The position numbers were made by a program, and so were the translations under genes. A DNA stretch of 20,000 nt, from IMG/VR virus record IMGVR_UViG_3300046810_000373. One strand, 5' to 3'. Within the stretch, counting starts at the first letter, position 1. Each line of letters starts with the position of its first letter. The notes under the pieces are model-generated. The model was not told the origin of the DNA. It saw nothing but the letters and a program-made list of their open reading frames with translations, and did no database searches. Below are positions 7,047 to 15,939 of the stretch, piece by piece. This stretch comes from an uncultured virus (IMG/VR IMGVR_UViG_3300046810_000373) (Duplodnaviria > Heunggongvirae > Uroviricota > Caudoviricetes > Schitoviridae).

Positions 7047-7427
7047 ATGAAAGCCTATATCGTCGAGATCCGACGCTTCAAAGATCACAAAGAGCACTCA
7101 GCAATTCTGATCCTTTTCGGTGCCGATCGAAAGGCAATCATTGCTGGCGTCACTGCCCTAGGGGAAGAATTCTCATGGGTCAGCATCGAGCCGGCGCCCT
7201 GGATGAACAAGCCTGTGGGATCCAAGGCCGAAGGCAAAGGCGAGCTCGTCGCTGCACCTCAGTCCCTGCCGGTCTACGTGCCGGCCGGCTACAAGCTCGT
7301 TCCGATCCATCTATCGTTCACATCCCAGATCGCTGGCCGTGACGCGCTCGACGAAACCGATCCGGAAGCCAGCTTCTCAACCGACCAGGTTGTTGCCTGC
7401 TGGGATGCCATCCTGAAGCAGCTCTGA
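7047..7427 (+). CDS. Hypothetical protein
   Basis: AAGGA SD; 126 aa. Confidence 0.7.
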   Translation: MKAYIVEIRRFKDHKEHSAILILFGADRKAIIAGVTALGEEFSWVSIEPAPWMNKPVGSKAEGKGELVAAPQSLPVYVPAGYKLVPIHLSFTSQIAGRDALDETDPEASFSTDQVVACWDAILKQL

Positions 7428-7433
7428 TTATCT

Positions 7434-7466
7434 TAAGGGATTAGAGACATTATCTCTGATCCCTTA
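7434..7466 (+). terminator. Hairpin after the 7047 gene
   Basis: TAAGGGATTAGAGA / TCTCTGATCCCTTA (one G-U pair), AT-rich tail. Confidence 0.55.
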
Positions 7467-7593
7467 TAATTATTTAGGGATGATAGCCCCTTCAAAGTCG
7501 GAAAAGTTGATTCGAGTTTCAACTCGTGCTTAATCTGACTAAATCCTATTTCCCACTTTCCTTGATAATCCGGCTATAAAGGACCTTAAATCC

Positions 7594-7866
7594 ATGGCCC
7601 ATCGAAAATGCACCATTTGCGGCCAGGATATCGTCCTCATGCCGCCAGCTTCCGAGCGCGCCAAGAAGGATCTCTCTGGCAACTCGGCTCAGTATTATCT
7701 CGACCTCTTTCCGGACCACCCGGAATGTGTCGTCTCCAAGCGGAGCCAGGAGAGTCGAGACCTGATGGCTCGCATCTCAGGCGCCAACCCCACTCACGTC
7801 ATCCTCGACGTCAAGTACGACGAGATCCCCCTTGAGCAGCGCCTGCGCCACGCTCGGGCCCATTGA
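7594..7866 (+). CDS. Hypothetical protein, possible zinc binder (CxxC...HxxC)
   Basis: AAGGA SD; CTICG and HPEC. Confidence 0.7.
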   Translation: MAHRKCTICGQDIVLMPPASERAKKDLSGNSAQYYLDLFPDHPECVVSKRSQESRDLMARISGANPTHVILDVKYDEIPLEQRLRHARAH

Positions 7867-7878
7867 GGAACCAGCACC

Positions 7879-8133
7879 ATGAACATCGAGAACGAAAAGT
7901 TCTTCAAGAGCATCAATCAAGCCTGGCCCTGGATCGGCTTCTTTGCGATCGCACTCTGGGTGATCCAGATGGCTGGTTACGGCCTCGACAACACTGACGC
8001 CAGCGCAACCAATCGCTCCGGCATGTCCCTTCATCGGGATAACCTCACCGGCTGCGAATATCTCAGCACCAAGAACGGCGGCATCACCCCTCGCCTGACT
8101 AGCGCCGGGATCCACATGGGATGCCGGTCATGA
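7879..8133 (+). CDS. Membrane-anchored DUF6440-like protein
   Basis: GAGGA SD; TM segment followed by RSGMSLHRDNLTGCEYL...GGITPRL. Confidence 0.7.
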   Translation: MNIENEKFFKSINQAWPWIGFFAIALWVIQMAGYGLDNTDASATNRSGMSLHRDNLTGCEYLSTKNGGITPRLTSAGIHMGCRS

Positions 8134-9425
8134 GTGAAAGTCACAAGGTCACGACGAAAACCCTCGCTTCATTCGAAGAAGCGGCAAAGCAATGGGAGGG
8201 CGCTCCTTACCCTCTCGGCAAAATTATCATCAACGGGAAATTCGCCCGTTACACCGATGCCGACACAGACAATGCCTGGATAGGCTTTCAATGGGCCTTG
8301 AAGACAACTCCTGAGCCGTTCCAGCAGCGTGTTCAACCCTGGTTGCATACCTGCTTCGGTGTCGAGATCTCCTCGGACATCATCGAGCGCAACCACCGCT
8401 TTCTCGAGGAGGCTATCGAGCTCGTGCAGTCCACCGGCTGCACAGCCAGCGAGGCGCATCAGCTCGTGGATTACGTCTTCGGCCGACCGGTCGGAGAACC
8501 CAATCAGGAGAGTGGCGGTGTCTCGGTAACTCATGCTGCGCTCTGTCTCGCCGCTGGCCTGGATATGCACGCGGCCGCCGAAACCGAGCTCACTCGCATC
8601 TGGACCAAGGTCGAGGCGATCCGGGCAAAGCAGGCTACCAAGCCCAAGCATTCGCCATTGCCTGCTCATGCCAGCCCACCGCCCGCAGCGCTTGGGGTCG
8701 AGGAGGTGGCGCGCGAGAACCCGCACGTTCTGGCCAAAACGGTGCGCGAAGTGAAGGCGCAGGTTGTCAGGGCGTTCGAGGGTAAGAGCGCCAGCACGAA
8801 GCGCGACTTGAACGAGGCCGCTCACAAGCTCGAATTCGTCGCCAAGGCTGTCGAGGCTTTCGCCCTCCCCCAGCCCTCGCCCGAGGTCGCGGCAGCCCCG
8901 AGCGTGAGCGGGGTGCGGGAGGCGGTGAACGAGTTGGTGCGATACTCGATGGGCTCCACCAAAGGATATGATGAGCTGTTATTGCAAATGCAGTTAGCCG
9001 GCATTCGTGATCGTGCTAGGGCTGTCGTCGCCTCCTTCGCCAGCGAAGCCACCCCTGTCGCGGGGGAGGCGGAGGCTGAATTCTGGTGCCGTATGATGGG
9101 TCAAGCTATAGATGCGCTTGATGAAATAGCCGGCTGGGACGACGCCAGGCCCGGCGAACTGCAGACATGGGCAGAGAGTGCGGCCGGGACAATCCGCCAA
9201 TTGTACAAGCAGCCCCGCGCCACCCCACCCGTCCCGGTCAATGTAGCCAAGTTGGCGATTGAGGCGTTGAGGAAGTCGGCCGACGCCTTCAAGGTGATCC
9301 AGACCCTCGATAGCCACGGCGCGAGTGACCAGACATATATCAACTGGCTGCGATCGTGCGCGAGGGAAGCCGAGTTACAGGCGCGTGAGATTCTCGCCGC
9401 CATCCGCGCGAAGGAGACGACATGA
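8130..9425 (+). CDS. Mosaic protein with central MazG-like (all-alpha NTP pyrophosphatase) domain
   Basis: FQQRVQPW..CFG...ERNHRFLEEAIELVQ...VDYVFGRPVGEPNQESGGV; EExxE motif; ATGA overlaps at both ends. Confidence 0.7.
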   Translation: MSESHKVTTKTLASFEEAAKQWEGAPYPLGKIIINGKFARYTDADTDNAWIGFQWALKTTPEPFQQRVQPWLHTCFGVEISSDIIERNHRFLEEAIELVQSTGCTASEAHQLVDYVFGRPVGEPNQESGGVSVTHAALCLAAGLDMHAAAETELTRIWTKVEAIRAKQATKPKHSPLPAHASPPPAALGVEEVARENPHVLAKTVREVKAQVVRAFEGKSASTKRDLNEAAHKLEFVAKAVEAFALPQPSPEVAAAPSVSGVREAVNELVRYSMGSTKGYDELLLQMQLAGIRDRARAVVASFASEATPVAGEAEAEFWCRMMGQAIDALDEIAGWDDARPGELQTWAESAAGTIRQLYKQPRATPPVPVNVAKLAIEALRKSADAFKVIQTLDSHGASDQTYINWLRSCAREAELQAREILAAIRAKETT

Positions 9426-9982
9426 GCGCGAAGTTCTATGCCGGCATTGGCTCGAGAGAAACACCCGAGCACATCCAGGCCATCATGCACCACTGTGCGG
9501 CCTTCTTGTACGGTCAGGGCTGGCATCTCCGCTCTGGAGGTGCCGACGGCGCCGACCGCTCCTTCGAGGCTGGCCACGACTTCATCAAGGGCCAGCACGA
9601 GGACCTCGACAAGAAGGAGATCTTCCTTCCCTGGCGTCGCTACAACGACAACCAATCCATGCTCCACCCCGGAATGTGGCCCTTCGAGAAGCTCGAAGCC
9701 GATACAGTCGAGAAATTCCATCCTCGACCAGATGCTCTGAGCCAGGGAGCTTACAAGCTCCACATGCGAAACGTCAGGATCCTCCGCGGCCTGACAGGAG
9801 CCGAACGCTCCAAGTTCGTCATCTGCTGGACCCAGAACGGCGCCATCAGAGGAGGCACCGGCATGGCTCTGCGCATCGCCCAGGATCGCTCGATACCCGT
9901 GATCAACTTCGGCTCAGCCAAAACACCGGCCGAGCTCGAGGCTCTCGTGATCAAGGTCGACATGCTTCAGAGGAGCCTGTGA
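9422..9982 (+). CDS. SLOG/DprA-Smf-like Rossmann-fold protein
   Basis: AAGGAG SD; YAGIGSRETP, LRSGGADGAD..FEAG, IFLPW, VICWT, GGTGMALRIA. Confidence 0.85.
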   Translation: MSAKFYAGIGSRETPEHIQAIMHHCAAFLYGQGWHLRSGGADGADRSFEAGHDFIKGQHEDLDKKEIFLPWRRYNDNQSMLHPGMWPFEKLEADTVEKFHPRPDALSQGAYKLHMRNVRILRGLTGAERSKFVICWTQNGAIRGGTGMALRIAQDRSIPVINFGSAKTPAELEALVIKVDMLQRSL

Positions 9983-9984
9983 TC

Positions 9985-10284
9985 ATGGGAACCAGCCCGA
10001 ATCCTGCTCGTCACCTCTATCAGCGGCGATACGAACGCCGCGTTGAAAACGCCTGGGGTCAAGCCTCGCCCGAGGATGCAACACACATCCTGATCGAGAT
10101 CCAGCATGGCCCCTATTGCACGAGTGTTCCGTTTCTAACCGGCGAAACCAAGGACAGCCGCCGAATGGCGGAGCATTGGGCGTCACAAGTCGAACGTCTC
10201 ATCCAGCTCGGCTACGAAGCCGGCGATCGCAGCGCACGAGCCGAAATACGTGACGTGCTCGGCATCAAAAATCTGAGGGTCTGA
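9985..10284 (+). CDS. Hypothetical protein (MGTSPNPARH...)
   Basis: GAGGAG SD; 3' part of ORF-track 9325..10284; TGATG junction with the next gene. Confidence 0.65.
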   Translation: MGTSPNPARHLYQRRYERRVENAWGQASPEDATHILIEIQHGPYCTSVPFLTGETKDSRRMAEHWASQVERLIQLGYEAGDRSARAEIRDVLGIKNLRV

Positions 10285-10646
10285 TGGCAACGCACTTCGT
10301 CACTCGCGATGAGCAGATCCTCGATTATTTCGCGAAGATCGACCCGGTTATCCTGAAAACCATCGAGGATAACCGGGAAGAATTCATGGCTCTCATGGCC
10401 AAATTCTACGATCAGATGGGTGAAAACCTCATCTCGGTCACCAGGGACCTCAAAGAAAAGTCCGAAGAAACCCCCGCCGAAGACAAATTCGTGGACGAGG
10501 TCAAGCATCTGGTCCTCGCCACATACCTGGTCTCGTTCCTGGTCCAGGGAATCCCCGAGATCAACGACGTTCTCCAGGTGGCTCATCACACCGGAGTCGA
10601 GGACGGCTACGCCTTTACGCAAGTCAGGCGTATGAGGCGGAATTAA
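10284..10646 (+). CDS. Hypothetical protein
   Basis: 120 aa, translationally coupled start, phage codon usage. Confidence 0.75.
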   Translation: MATHFVTRDEQILDYFAKIDPVILKTIEDNREEFMALMAKFYDQMGENLISVTRDLKEKSEETPAEDKFVDEVKHLVLATYLVSFLVQGIPEINDVLQVAHHTGVEDGYAFTQVRRMRRN

Positions 10647-10679
10647 CAAGATAATCCCTCATTCATAATAGAGATAATC

Positions 10680-10916
10680 ATGCCCAATCTATATTTTGTC
10701 ATCGTCATGCTGGGCATGACGACTGGCACTGTCGGGCCTTTGCCTTATGACAAGGCCGAATGTGAAAGCCGAGCCGCAGAATATGCGGCCGCTTGGGACG
10801 AGAAATGGCGTGAGGGCCTCAATCTGAAAGGCCAGCCACTCAAGCGCAGCGACGTTCAGTTCCGCTGTGAATACCACTTGGTCCGACCTGTTCTGGATCC
10901 CCGAGCAGGCCCATGA
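10680..10916 (+). CDS. Hypothetical protein
   Basis: 78 aa; ATGA overlap with the next gene. Confidence 0.65.
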   Translation: MPNLYFVIVMLGMTTGTVGPLPYDKAECESRAAEYAAAWDEKWREGLNLKGQPLKRSDVQFRCEYHLVRPVLDPRAGP

Positions 10917-11338
10917 AACTCCATTATCCCTACGGACAACCTCCCGAGGGCGTCGACGTGCTGTGGCGCTGCGAAGCCAAACGCTATGCCTCATTCGATG
11001 AGGACGGCGACGTCACCTACATCAGCGATCCCAAGCTCGAGGTCCGCTGGTACAAGGTCAACAGGCGCACGCCCAAAGGCGCCTGGATCAATGGCCACTG
11101 GGCCGGAGAAATCTGGTCCAAGGGCCAGCTCGTCACCCTATCCCACAACAAGGCTTTCGCCCGCAATACAGTGGACGAGGCCGTCAAGGACTTCATCGCC
11201 AGGCGTAAGCGCCAGATCGCCATTCTCCAAGGTCAGCTCCAGCGCGCCGAGCGCGAGCTCAATCTGACCTTGGTGGATCCCCGCAATCCTCATCTGGGAT
11301 TTTCATCATGCAGCTCGTCGTCACCCCTATCGCCCTGA
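10913..11338 (+). CDS. Hypothetical protein (RRTPKGAWI motif)
   Basis: 141 aa; coupled start. Confidence 0.75.
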   Translation: MKLHYPYGQPPEGVDVLWRCEAKRYASFDEDGDVTYISDPKLEVRWYKVNRRTPKGAWINGHWAGEIWSKGQLVTLSHNKAFARNTVDEAVKDFIARRKRQIAILQGQLQRAERELNLTLVDPRNPHLGFSSCSSSSPLSP

Positions 11339-11601
11339 ACCGCGCAGTTCCGGAGTTCACCCAGGACATGCACGTCGAGGGTTTCACGGTCTCGAAGGAG
11401 ATCTTGAATTCCGCCTTCGACAAGCTCCTTGAACGCAAGGCCGGCTTCAGGTTCCTGGATGTCCAGATCGACCTGATGGCCGCCGGCCTGGTCCACAAGC
11501 TCTGCGATCGCACCGCGGATCGACTGCTTCAGTCTCTCCGGAAGCAGGGCTTCATCGAGCACAACCGCAACCACGATGGCCTCTGGAGTTGGGTCGAATG
11601 A
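11308..11601 (+). CDS. Hypothetical protein, possible winged-helix-like C-terminus
   Basis: RTADRLLQSLRKQGFIE...W pattern. Confidence 0.65.
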   Translation: MQLVVTPIALNRAVPEFTQDMHVEGFTVSKEILNSAFDKLLERKAGFRFLDVQIDLMAAGLVHKLCDRTADRLLQSLRKQGFIEHNRNHDGLWSWVE

Positions 11602-11849
11602 GCGACATCATCAAAGTCCCTGATGGGATCGAAATAGATCTCATCATGTATCTCACCTCTGATTCAACCGGAGCCAATGTTCGCTATGCTCTCCGCGGCA
11701 TGCGAGCACTGACACCTTTCCTCGATAAACCTGATGCCAGCGTGCTGGCAACTCAGGCTGGTCTTATAAGCATGGCCACTGACTGGCGCATGATGACCAT
11801 CAACGAGATCGAGGAATACAAGCTCGACGAGGATGAAGAGGACACATGA
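11598..11849 (+). CDS. Hypothetical protein with acidic tail
   Basis: GGAG SD; ATGA overlaps at both ends. Confidence 0.65.
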   Translation: MSDIIKVPDGIEIDLIMYLTSDSTGANVRYALRGMRALTPFLDKPDASVLATQAGLISMATDWRMMTINEIEEYKLDEDEEDT

Positions 11850-11980
11850 ACCCACTTCAGAAAGCCGCCAGGGCCTACTGCCTGAGCATCGGCGCAGACC
11901 CCGACGAGATCGTATGGGGCTACTGGGTCACCACCAAGCGCGAATGGATCAGCGCACCACGCTGGAGCTGGTATCAATGA
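11846..11980 (+). CDS. 44-aa Trp-rich protein (MNPLQKAARAYCLSIGADPDE...APRWSWYQ)
   Basis: Translated by hand; GAGGA SD; ATGA overlaps on both sides. Confidence 0.65.
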   Translation: MNPLQKAARAYCLSIGADPDEIVWGYWVTTKREWISAPRWSWYQ

Positions 11981-12525
11981 ACAAGAAAGATCCCGAGCGC
12001 ATCTGGCTCGAGCCCATCGGAGATCCCACTAAGTGGGTGGATGAGAGAACCTGGTGCCAAGACAAGGTCTGGCCCAATAGCGAGGAGCCGGGTGAGCCAA
12101 CCGAATATGTCCGGGCTGACCTCTATGAAAAGGTCATTTCCGATCGGCCGTATATCACCGGCTGGAATGCCGGCTTCGAGTATGTTCATGGTCCGCTACG
12201 ATTCCCCACCATGCTCCGCAAGATGTGGTCGGGGGCTGAAGTTCAGGACTGGCTCAACACCCAGCGTATCGAAGCTGCTCGACAGATCGCTGCTGATGAA
12301 GGCAGCCAGGTCAACCAGCTTCGAAACATACTCCAGCGGCTGATTGACGACATCCAGCTCATGCAGAACAAGGATGGCACTCTGTCTGAGTGGTTCGGGG
12401 CCTTCCCCGAGCATGAGATCAACTACACGGGGCCTCTCAATAACATCGAGTCGGTCAATATCGAATGGCCGGACCTGGCCGACACGGTGAAGCTCGCCGA
12501 GAAGCTCCTGAAAGGGGAAACCTGA
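11977..12525 (+). CDS. Hypothetical protein (PERIWL; FPTMLRKMWSGAEVQDWL motif)
   Basis: GGAG SD; real start inside ORF-track 11833..12525; motif recurrent in prophage accessory proteins. Confidence 0.7.
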   Translation: MNKKDPERIWLEPIGDPTKWVDERTWCQDKVWPNSEEPGEPTEYVRADLYEKVISDRPYITGWNAGFEYVHGPLRFPTMLRKMWSGAEVQDWLNTQRIEAARQIAADEGSQVNQLRNILQRLIDDIQLMQNKDGTLSEWFGAFPEHEINYTGPLNNIESVNIEWPDLADTVKLAEKLLKGET

Positions 12526-12526
12526 C

Positions 12527-12775
12527 ATGTCGGCCGATCTCACCAAGCGAGTTGAGACACGCACCGATCGCCTGGCCAAACTTGAGCCAGGCGATCCTTA
12601 CACCCTGATCGACACCACCAACCCCTATGCGTTCGAGTTCCAGCCAGGCGAGATGCTTGCTCTCCACGACTCAGTGCATGGGCCGGCTCATCTATTCAAG
12701 GTCCGCAGCGTCGAGCACACCCCGAGCAAGAACGCTGCCACATTAGAGCTTAGCTTCATCAATCGAAAGACTTAA
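12527..12775 (+). CDS. Hypothetical protein
   Basis: AGGGG SD; tightly packed. Confidence 0.65.
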   Translation: MSADLTKRVETRTDRLAKLEPGDPYTLIDTTNPYAFEFQPGEMLALHDSVHGPAHLFKVRSVEHTPSKNAATLELSFINRKT

Positions 12776-12776
12776 C

Positions 12777-13157
12777 ATGATCTTCGTGTTCGGCTCGAAT
12801 TTGGCCGGCATCCACGGCGCCGGCGCTGCTCTCAAAGCAGTCAAATTCCATGGCGCTGTTCTCGGCGATGGCGTCGGGCTTCGCGGTGAAAGCTACGCAA
12901 TACCAACAAAATCTGTGACGTTGCAGACCTTGGCTCTGGATATCATCAAGAGACACGTCGATGAGTTCATTGCTCATGCCGAGGACAATCCCGACCTAGG
13001 CTACCAAGTCACTCGGATCGATTTCGGCCTGGCTGGTTACACCGACCAGGAAATTGCTCCTATGTTCCTCTCTGCCCCTGCGAAGAATTGCTTCTTCGAT
13101 ACCAAGTGGAGACCCATCCTCGGCAACAGGTTCGAGTACTGGGGCAGTTATGGGTAA
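12777..13157 (+). CDS. N4 gp14-like protein (macrodomain-like fold)
   Basis: IFVFGSNLAGIHGAGAA...SYAIPTK...VTRI(DF)GLAGY..IAPMF; located just before RNAP1 as in N4. Confidence 0.85.
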   Translation: MIFVFGSNLAGIHGAGAALKAVKFHGAVLGDGVGLRGESYAIPTKSVTLQTLALDIIKRHVDEFIAHAEDNPDLGYQVTRIDFGLAGYTDQEIAPMFLSAPAKNCFFDTKWRPILGNRFEYWGSYG

Positions 13158-13214
13158 TCTCCTCAAACTATTATTACTGATAATCACAACCGGATTATCT
13201 TTAATACGCGAAAT

Positions 13215-13243
13215 AAGGTCGCTGAGAGATCAGCGGCCTTTTC
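13215..13243 (+). terminator. Terminator-like hairpin upstream of RNAP1
   Basis: AAGGTCGCTGA-GAGA-TCAGCGGCCTT followed by TT. Confidence 0.55.
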
Positions 13244-13332
13244 TACATCCGCAATCCTCGAGTCCAGTATTCCTGGATCTCGTCGCTTCCAATTCCGTCA
13301 TCTCACAGCCCCTGCTTGAGGAGCCCAAACCC

Positions 13333-14136
13333 ATGATCCAGTTTCAGATCGAGATTGAGAAGCTGTTCCACAAGAACCAGCTCTTCCCGCGTATCAAGAA
13401 CGAGTTCACCGAGGTGCCCGGGATCCAGAAGCATCTCGAGAAGCACGGCATCGACATCGAGTTCGGCTATGATCTCCTGGTTCAGATGGTTCTGCACAAG
13501 CGGGCCCATCTCCCAGTCTTGGTCGGCCTACTTCGCAAGCATTTCGAAGGGGACTGCCAGGCCACGGCCGATGCCCTGCTCAAGGCCTGCCAGGCGGACC
13601 TGATCGACTGGAACCCCACCAGTCACCAGTTCATCATCCGCTATGACATCACCCCTGATGTCCAGGCCGAGCTCGAACGCTTCCAGTATCCAATGCCGAT
13701 GGTTGTCGAGCCGTTGAGGCTCAAGGACAATCACGACACCGGCTACTACACCTCGAAGAACTCGGTGATCCTGAAGCAGAACCACCACGACAAGGACGTC
13801 TGCCTCGACCACCTCGATCGCGTGAACCGGATCAAGCTCAAGCTCGATATGGACACGGCCACCACGATCAAGAACTACTGGCGCCACCTCGACAAGCCCA
13901 AGCCTGACGAGGACCAGAAGGAGTTCCAGCGCCGGGTGAAAGCCTTCGAGAAATACGATCGCACCGCCCATGACGTTCTGACCCATCTGGGTCTGGCCGC
14001 CGGCGGGGAGTTCTATCTCACCCACAAGTACGACAAGCGCGGCCGCACCTACGCCCAGGGCTACCACGTCAACTACCAGGGCGCCTGCTGGAATAAGGCC
14101 GTGATCGCCTTTGCCAATGAGGAGATCGTGTCTTGA
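13333..14136 (+). CDS. RNA polymerase II subunit A (N4 gp15-like, RNAP1)
   Basis: GAGGAG SD; QYPMPMVVEP, GY, NHHDKDVCLDHL, FYLTHKYDKRGRTYAQGYHVNYQG (DxxGR motif of T7-like RNAPs). Confidence 0.95.
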   Translation: MIQFQIEIEKLFHKNQLFPRIKNEFTEVPGIQKHLEKHGIDIEFGYDLLVQMVLHKRAHLPVLVGLLRKHFEGDCQATADALLKACQADLIDWNPTSHQFIIRYDITPDVQAELERFQYPMPMVVEPLRLKDNHDTGYYTSKNSVILKQNHHDKDVCLDHLDRVNRIKLKLDMDTATTIKNYWRHLDKPKPDEDQKEFQRRVKAFEKYDRTAHDVLTHLGLAAGGEFYLTHKYDKRGRTYAQGYHVNYQGACWNKAVIAFANEEIVS

Positions 14137-14138
14137 AC

Positions 14139-14309
14139 ATGGCCAAGCTCTACCAGCTCATGAAGGAGGCACTCGACACCATGGGGCTGTCCTTCGGGCA
14201 GATGGACCAGGTGTCGGTCGAGCTAAGCCCGGCCGACAACACCATCGTCTTCACTCGGGTGGCACCGTCCTTTACGGTCACTTTGCGAGTGAAATTGGAG
14301 GAAGCATGA
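14139..14309 (+). CDS. 56-aa hypothetical protein (MAKLYQLMKEALDTMG...)
   Basis: Translated by hand; fills the gap between RNAP1 and the next gene, ATGA overlap. Confidence 0.6.
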   Translation: MAKLYQLMKEALDTMGLSFGQMDQVSVELSPADNTIVFTRVAPSFTVTLRVKLEEA

Positions 14310-14701
14310 GCATCACTCAGGAGCAGCTTGTCGAAGGACCTTGGTGGTATCGTCGGTCATGTGGTGACATCGACATGATCAACATCACCAAAGGTTTCCG
14401 CGGCAACTGGGCAATCCAGGAATTTGGGTCGAGTTATCTGATGGAGGATGTGTCTCTGTTACTCGATCGCCTGATCACACCGGTGGCTTCCTATCGGGAA
14501 ACCAACACCCTGGTCGTCATTGGGTATCTCGGAAACCGCACAGCCTACGTCAACCTTTCTAGGGATGAAGCCATCAAACGCTATGTCGCTGAAGAGACCC
14601 CTGACACGACAGCGGCCGATCTTGTCGAATCCGAGAGGATCGACGAATATGAGTTTGTTGATAAACTCTGGGCCTACGACGTGGTGGGAGATCGTAAATA
14701 G
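14306..14701 (+). CDS. Hypothetical protein (MSITQEQL...)
   Basis: GGAGG SD; real start inside ORF-track 14111..14701. Confidence 0.7.
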   Translation: MSITQEQLVEGPWWYRRSCGDIDMINITKGFRGNWAIQEFGSSYLMEDVSLLLDRLITPVASYRETNTLVVIGYLGNRTAYVNLSRDEAIKRYVAEETPDTTAADLVESERIDEYEFVDKLWAYDVVGDRK

Positions 14702-14703
14702 CC

Positions 14704-14874
14704 ATGGAAACCGTGCTCGACCGTCTCACGCTCCGTGATTTCTATGATCTCGGCTTTAGCCACGCTGCCAAAGGCTGGCGTAAACTGCGATTCCGCGATC
14801 AGTGGAGCCAGGACCAACGAGACGCCTACGATCGCGGTTTCGACGCTTTCAACGACAACGAGGAAGCGGTTTAG
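14704..14874 (+). CDS. 56-aa hypothetical protein (METVLDRL...AYDRGFDAF), weakly RMF-like pattern
   Basis: Translated by hand; GGAG SD; FYDLGFSHAAKG...QRDAYDRGF. Confidence 0.6.
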   Translation: METVLDRLTLRDFYDLGFSHAAKGWRKLRFRDQWSQDQRDAYDRGFDAFNDNEEAV

Positions 14875-15053
14875 TTATCTCAAAAATGGCGCCCCTATTT
14901 ACAAGATCGATTAGAGTGGATTAACCTCCATAAGCGTCGATAACAGGGGTGCCCTTGATGAGACTGATCCAGCGCTCCAGCAAGACACGAAGACGGATCA
15001 ACCTCCCCGCTCCATACAGCTAGACACGACACAGCTCCCGCAGATCCACACAT

Positions 15054-15088
15054 GACGGCTCTCTCACATCGAGGGAGCCGTCTTCATT
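15054..15088 (+). terminator. Hairpin terminator or attenuator upstream of the DUF4326 gene
   Basis: GACGGCTCTCTC-ACATC-GAGGGAGCCGTC followed by TTCATTT. Confidence 0.55.
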
Positions 15089-15101
15089 TCCGGAGGAACC
15101 A

Positions 15102-15404
15102 ATGGGAATTAGCTCTGTCGAGCAGACGTTCAACCGATTGTTCCCGATCGAGAGCGTCCCGAAGGTCCACAACAAATACCATGGAACAGCGCCGGCCGAC
15201 GCCGTCTATGTTGGCCGCGGATCGTCTTGGGGAAATCCCTATGTCATCGGCAAGCATGGCGATCGGGCTCAGGTAATCGAGCTCTATCGCCGGCACATCC
15301 TGCCTCAACTTTCATGCAAAGAACTGAAAGGCAAGCATCTGGTCTGCTTTTGCAAACCGGCTGCCTGTCATGGCGATTTGCTCCTGGAGAAAGCCAACTC
15401 ATGA
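15102..15404 (+). CDS. DUF4326 domain protein
   Basis: GGAGGA SD; VYVGRGSSWGNPY...R..VI..Y...ELKGKHLVCFCKPAACHGDLL. Confidence 0.9.
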   Translation: MGISSVEQTFNRLFPIESVPKVHNKYHGTAPADAVYVGRGSSWGNPYVIGKHGDRAQVIELYRRHILPQLSCKELKGKHLVCFCKPAACHGDLLLEKANS

Positions 15405-15640
15405 CTAGAACCTGGTATTCCCCCCAGGGAACCGAGATTGTCGGAACCCTCGAGACCATAACCGGACGAGCGTCCATCCAGGACATCAGCGACACCGGAG
15501 AACCCGACTATTCCGGGGGAACCGAGGTGTTCTGGGATGAGCAAAAGACCGTCCTCAACGAAGCCGGACAAGCGATCTTTCTCGACGAGAACGGAGAGCA
15601 ATGGACCTTCGATCAGCTCACCACCACGGTGCCGGAATGA
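15401..15640 (+). CDS. Acidic hypothetical protein (MTRTWYSPQGTEIVGTLE...)
   Basis: GGAG SD; ATGA overlaps at both ends. Confidence 0.7.
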   Translation: MTRTWYSPQGTEIVGTLETITGRASIQDISDTGEPDYSGGTEVFWDEQKTVLNEAGQAIFLDENGEQWTFDQLTTTVPE

Positions 15641-15939
15641 CACCGCTCGAGCGCTTCAAAAAGGAGCGGACCAAAGAGGCTCAACGCCGAGCCAGGGAAG
15701 CTCATCATGCTGCCCACACCCGCTACAAGATCACCTATCAGTGGCGCCGGCCGGAAGGCCCAAGACCTGGCATGCCACTTGGTCCCGGGCATTGGGAAGC
15801 CTGGCGCTGCTTTGGATCAATCCCGATCCTCTTCCACACCCTCAAAGAAGCCGAGACGTATATGAAGGAGTTCCCCATTTTCAAGAATATGGGGCATCTC
15901 CGAAAAGTCTCGGCCTCAATAGCTCAGGTCAAAATCTAA
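15637..15939 (+). CDS. Hypothetical basic protein
   Basis: ATGA overlap; TAATG junction with the next gene. Confidence 0.65.
   Translation: MTPLERFKKERTKEAQRRAREAHHAAHTRYKITYQWRRPEGPRPGMPLGPGHWEAWRCFGSIPILFHTLKEAETYMKEFPIFKNMGHLRKVSASIAQVKI

Noticed and set aside
9325..9984. 5' part of the 319-aa ORF 9325..10284
   Set aside because: Out-of-frame overlap with the SLOG gene, Arg-rich nonsense; the real gene starts at 9985.
13054..13332. 93-codon N-terminal extension of RNAP1 in the ORF track
   Set aside because: Overlaps gp14, an AT island and a terminator; the SD and N4 gp15 similarity begin at ATG 13333.
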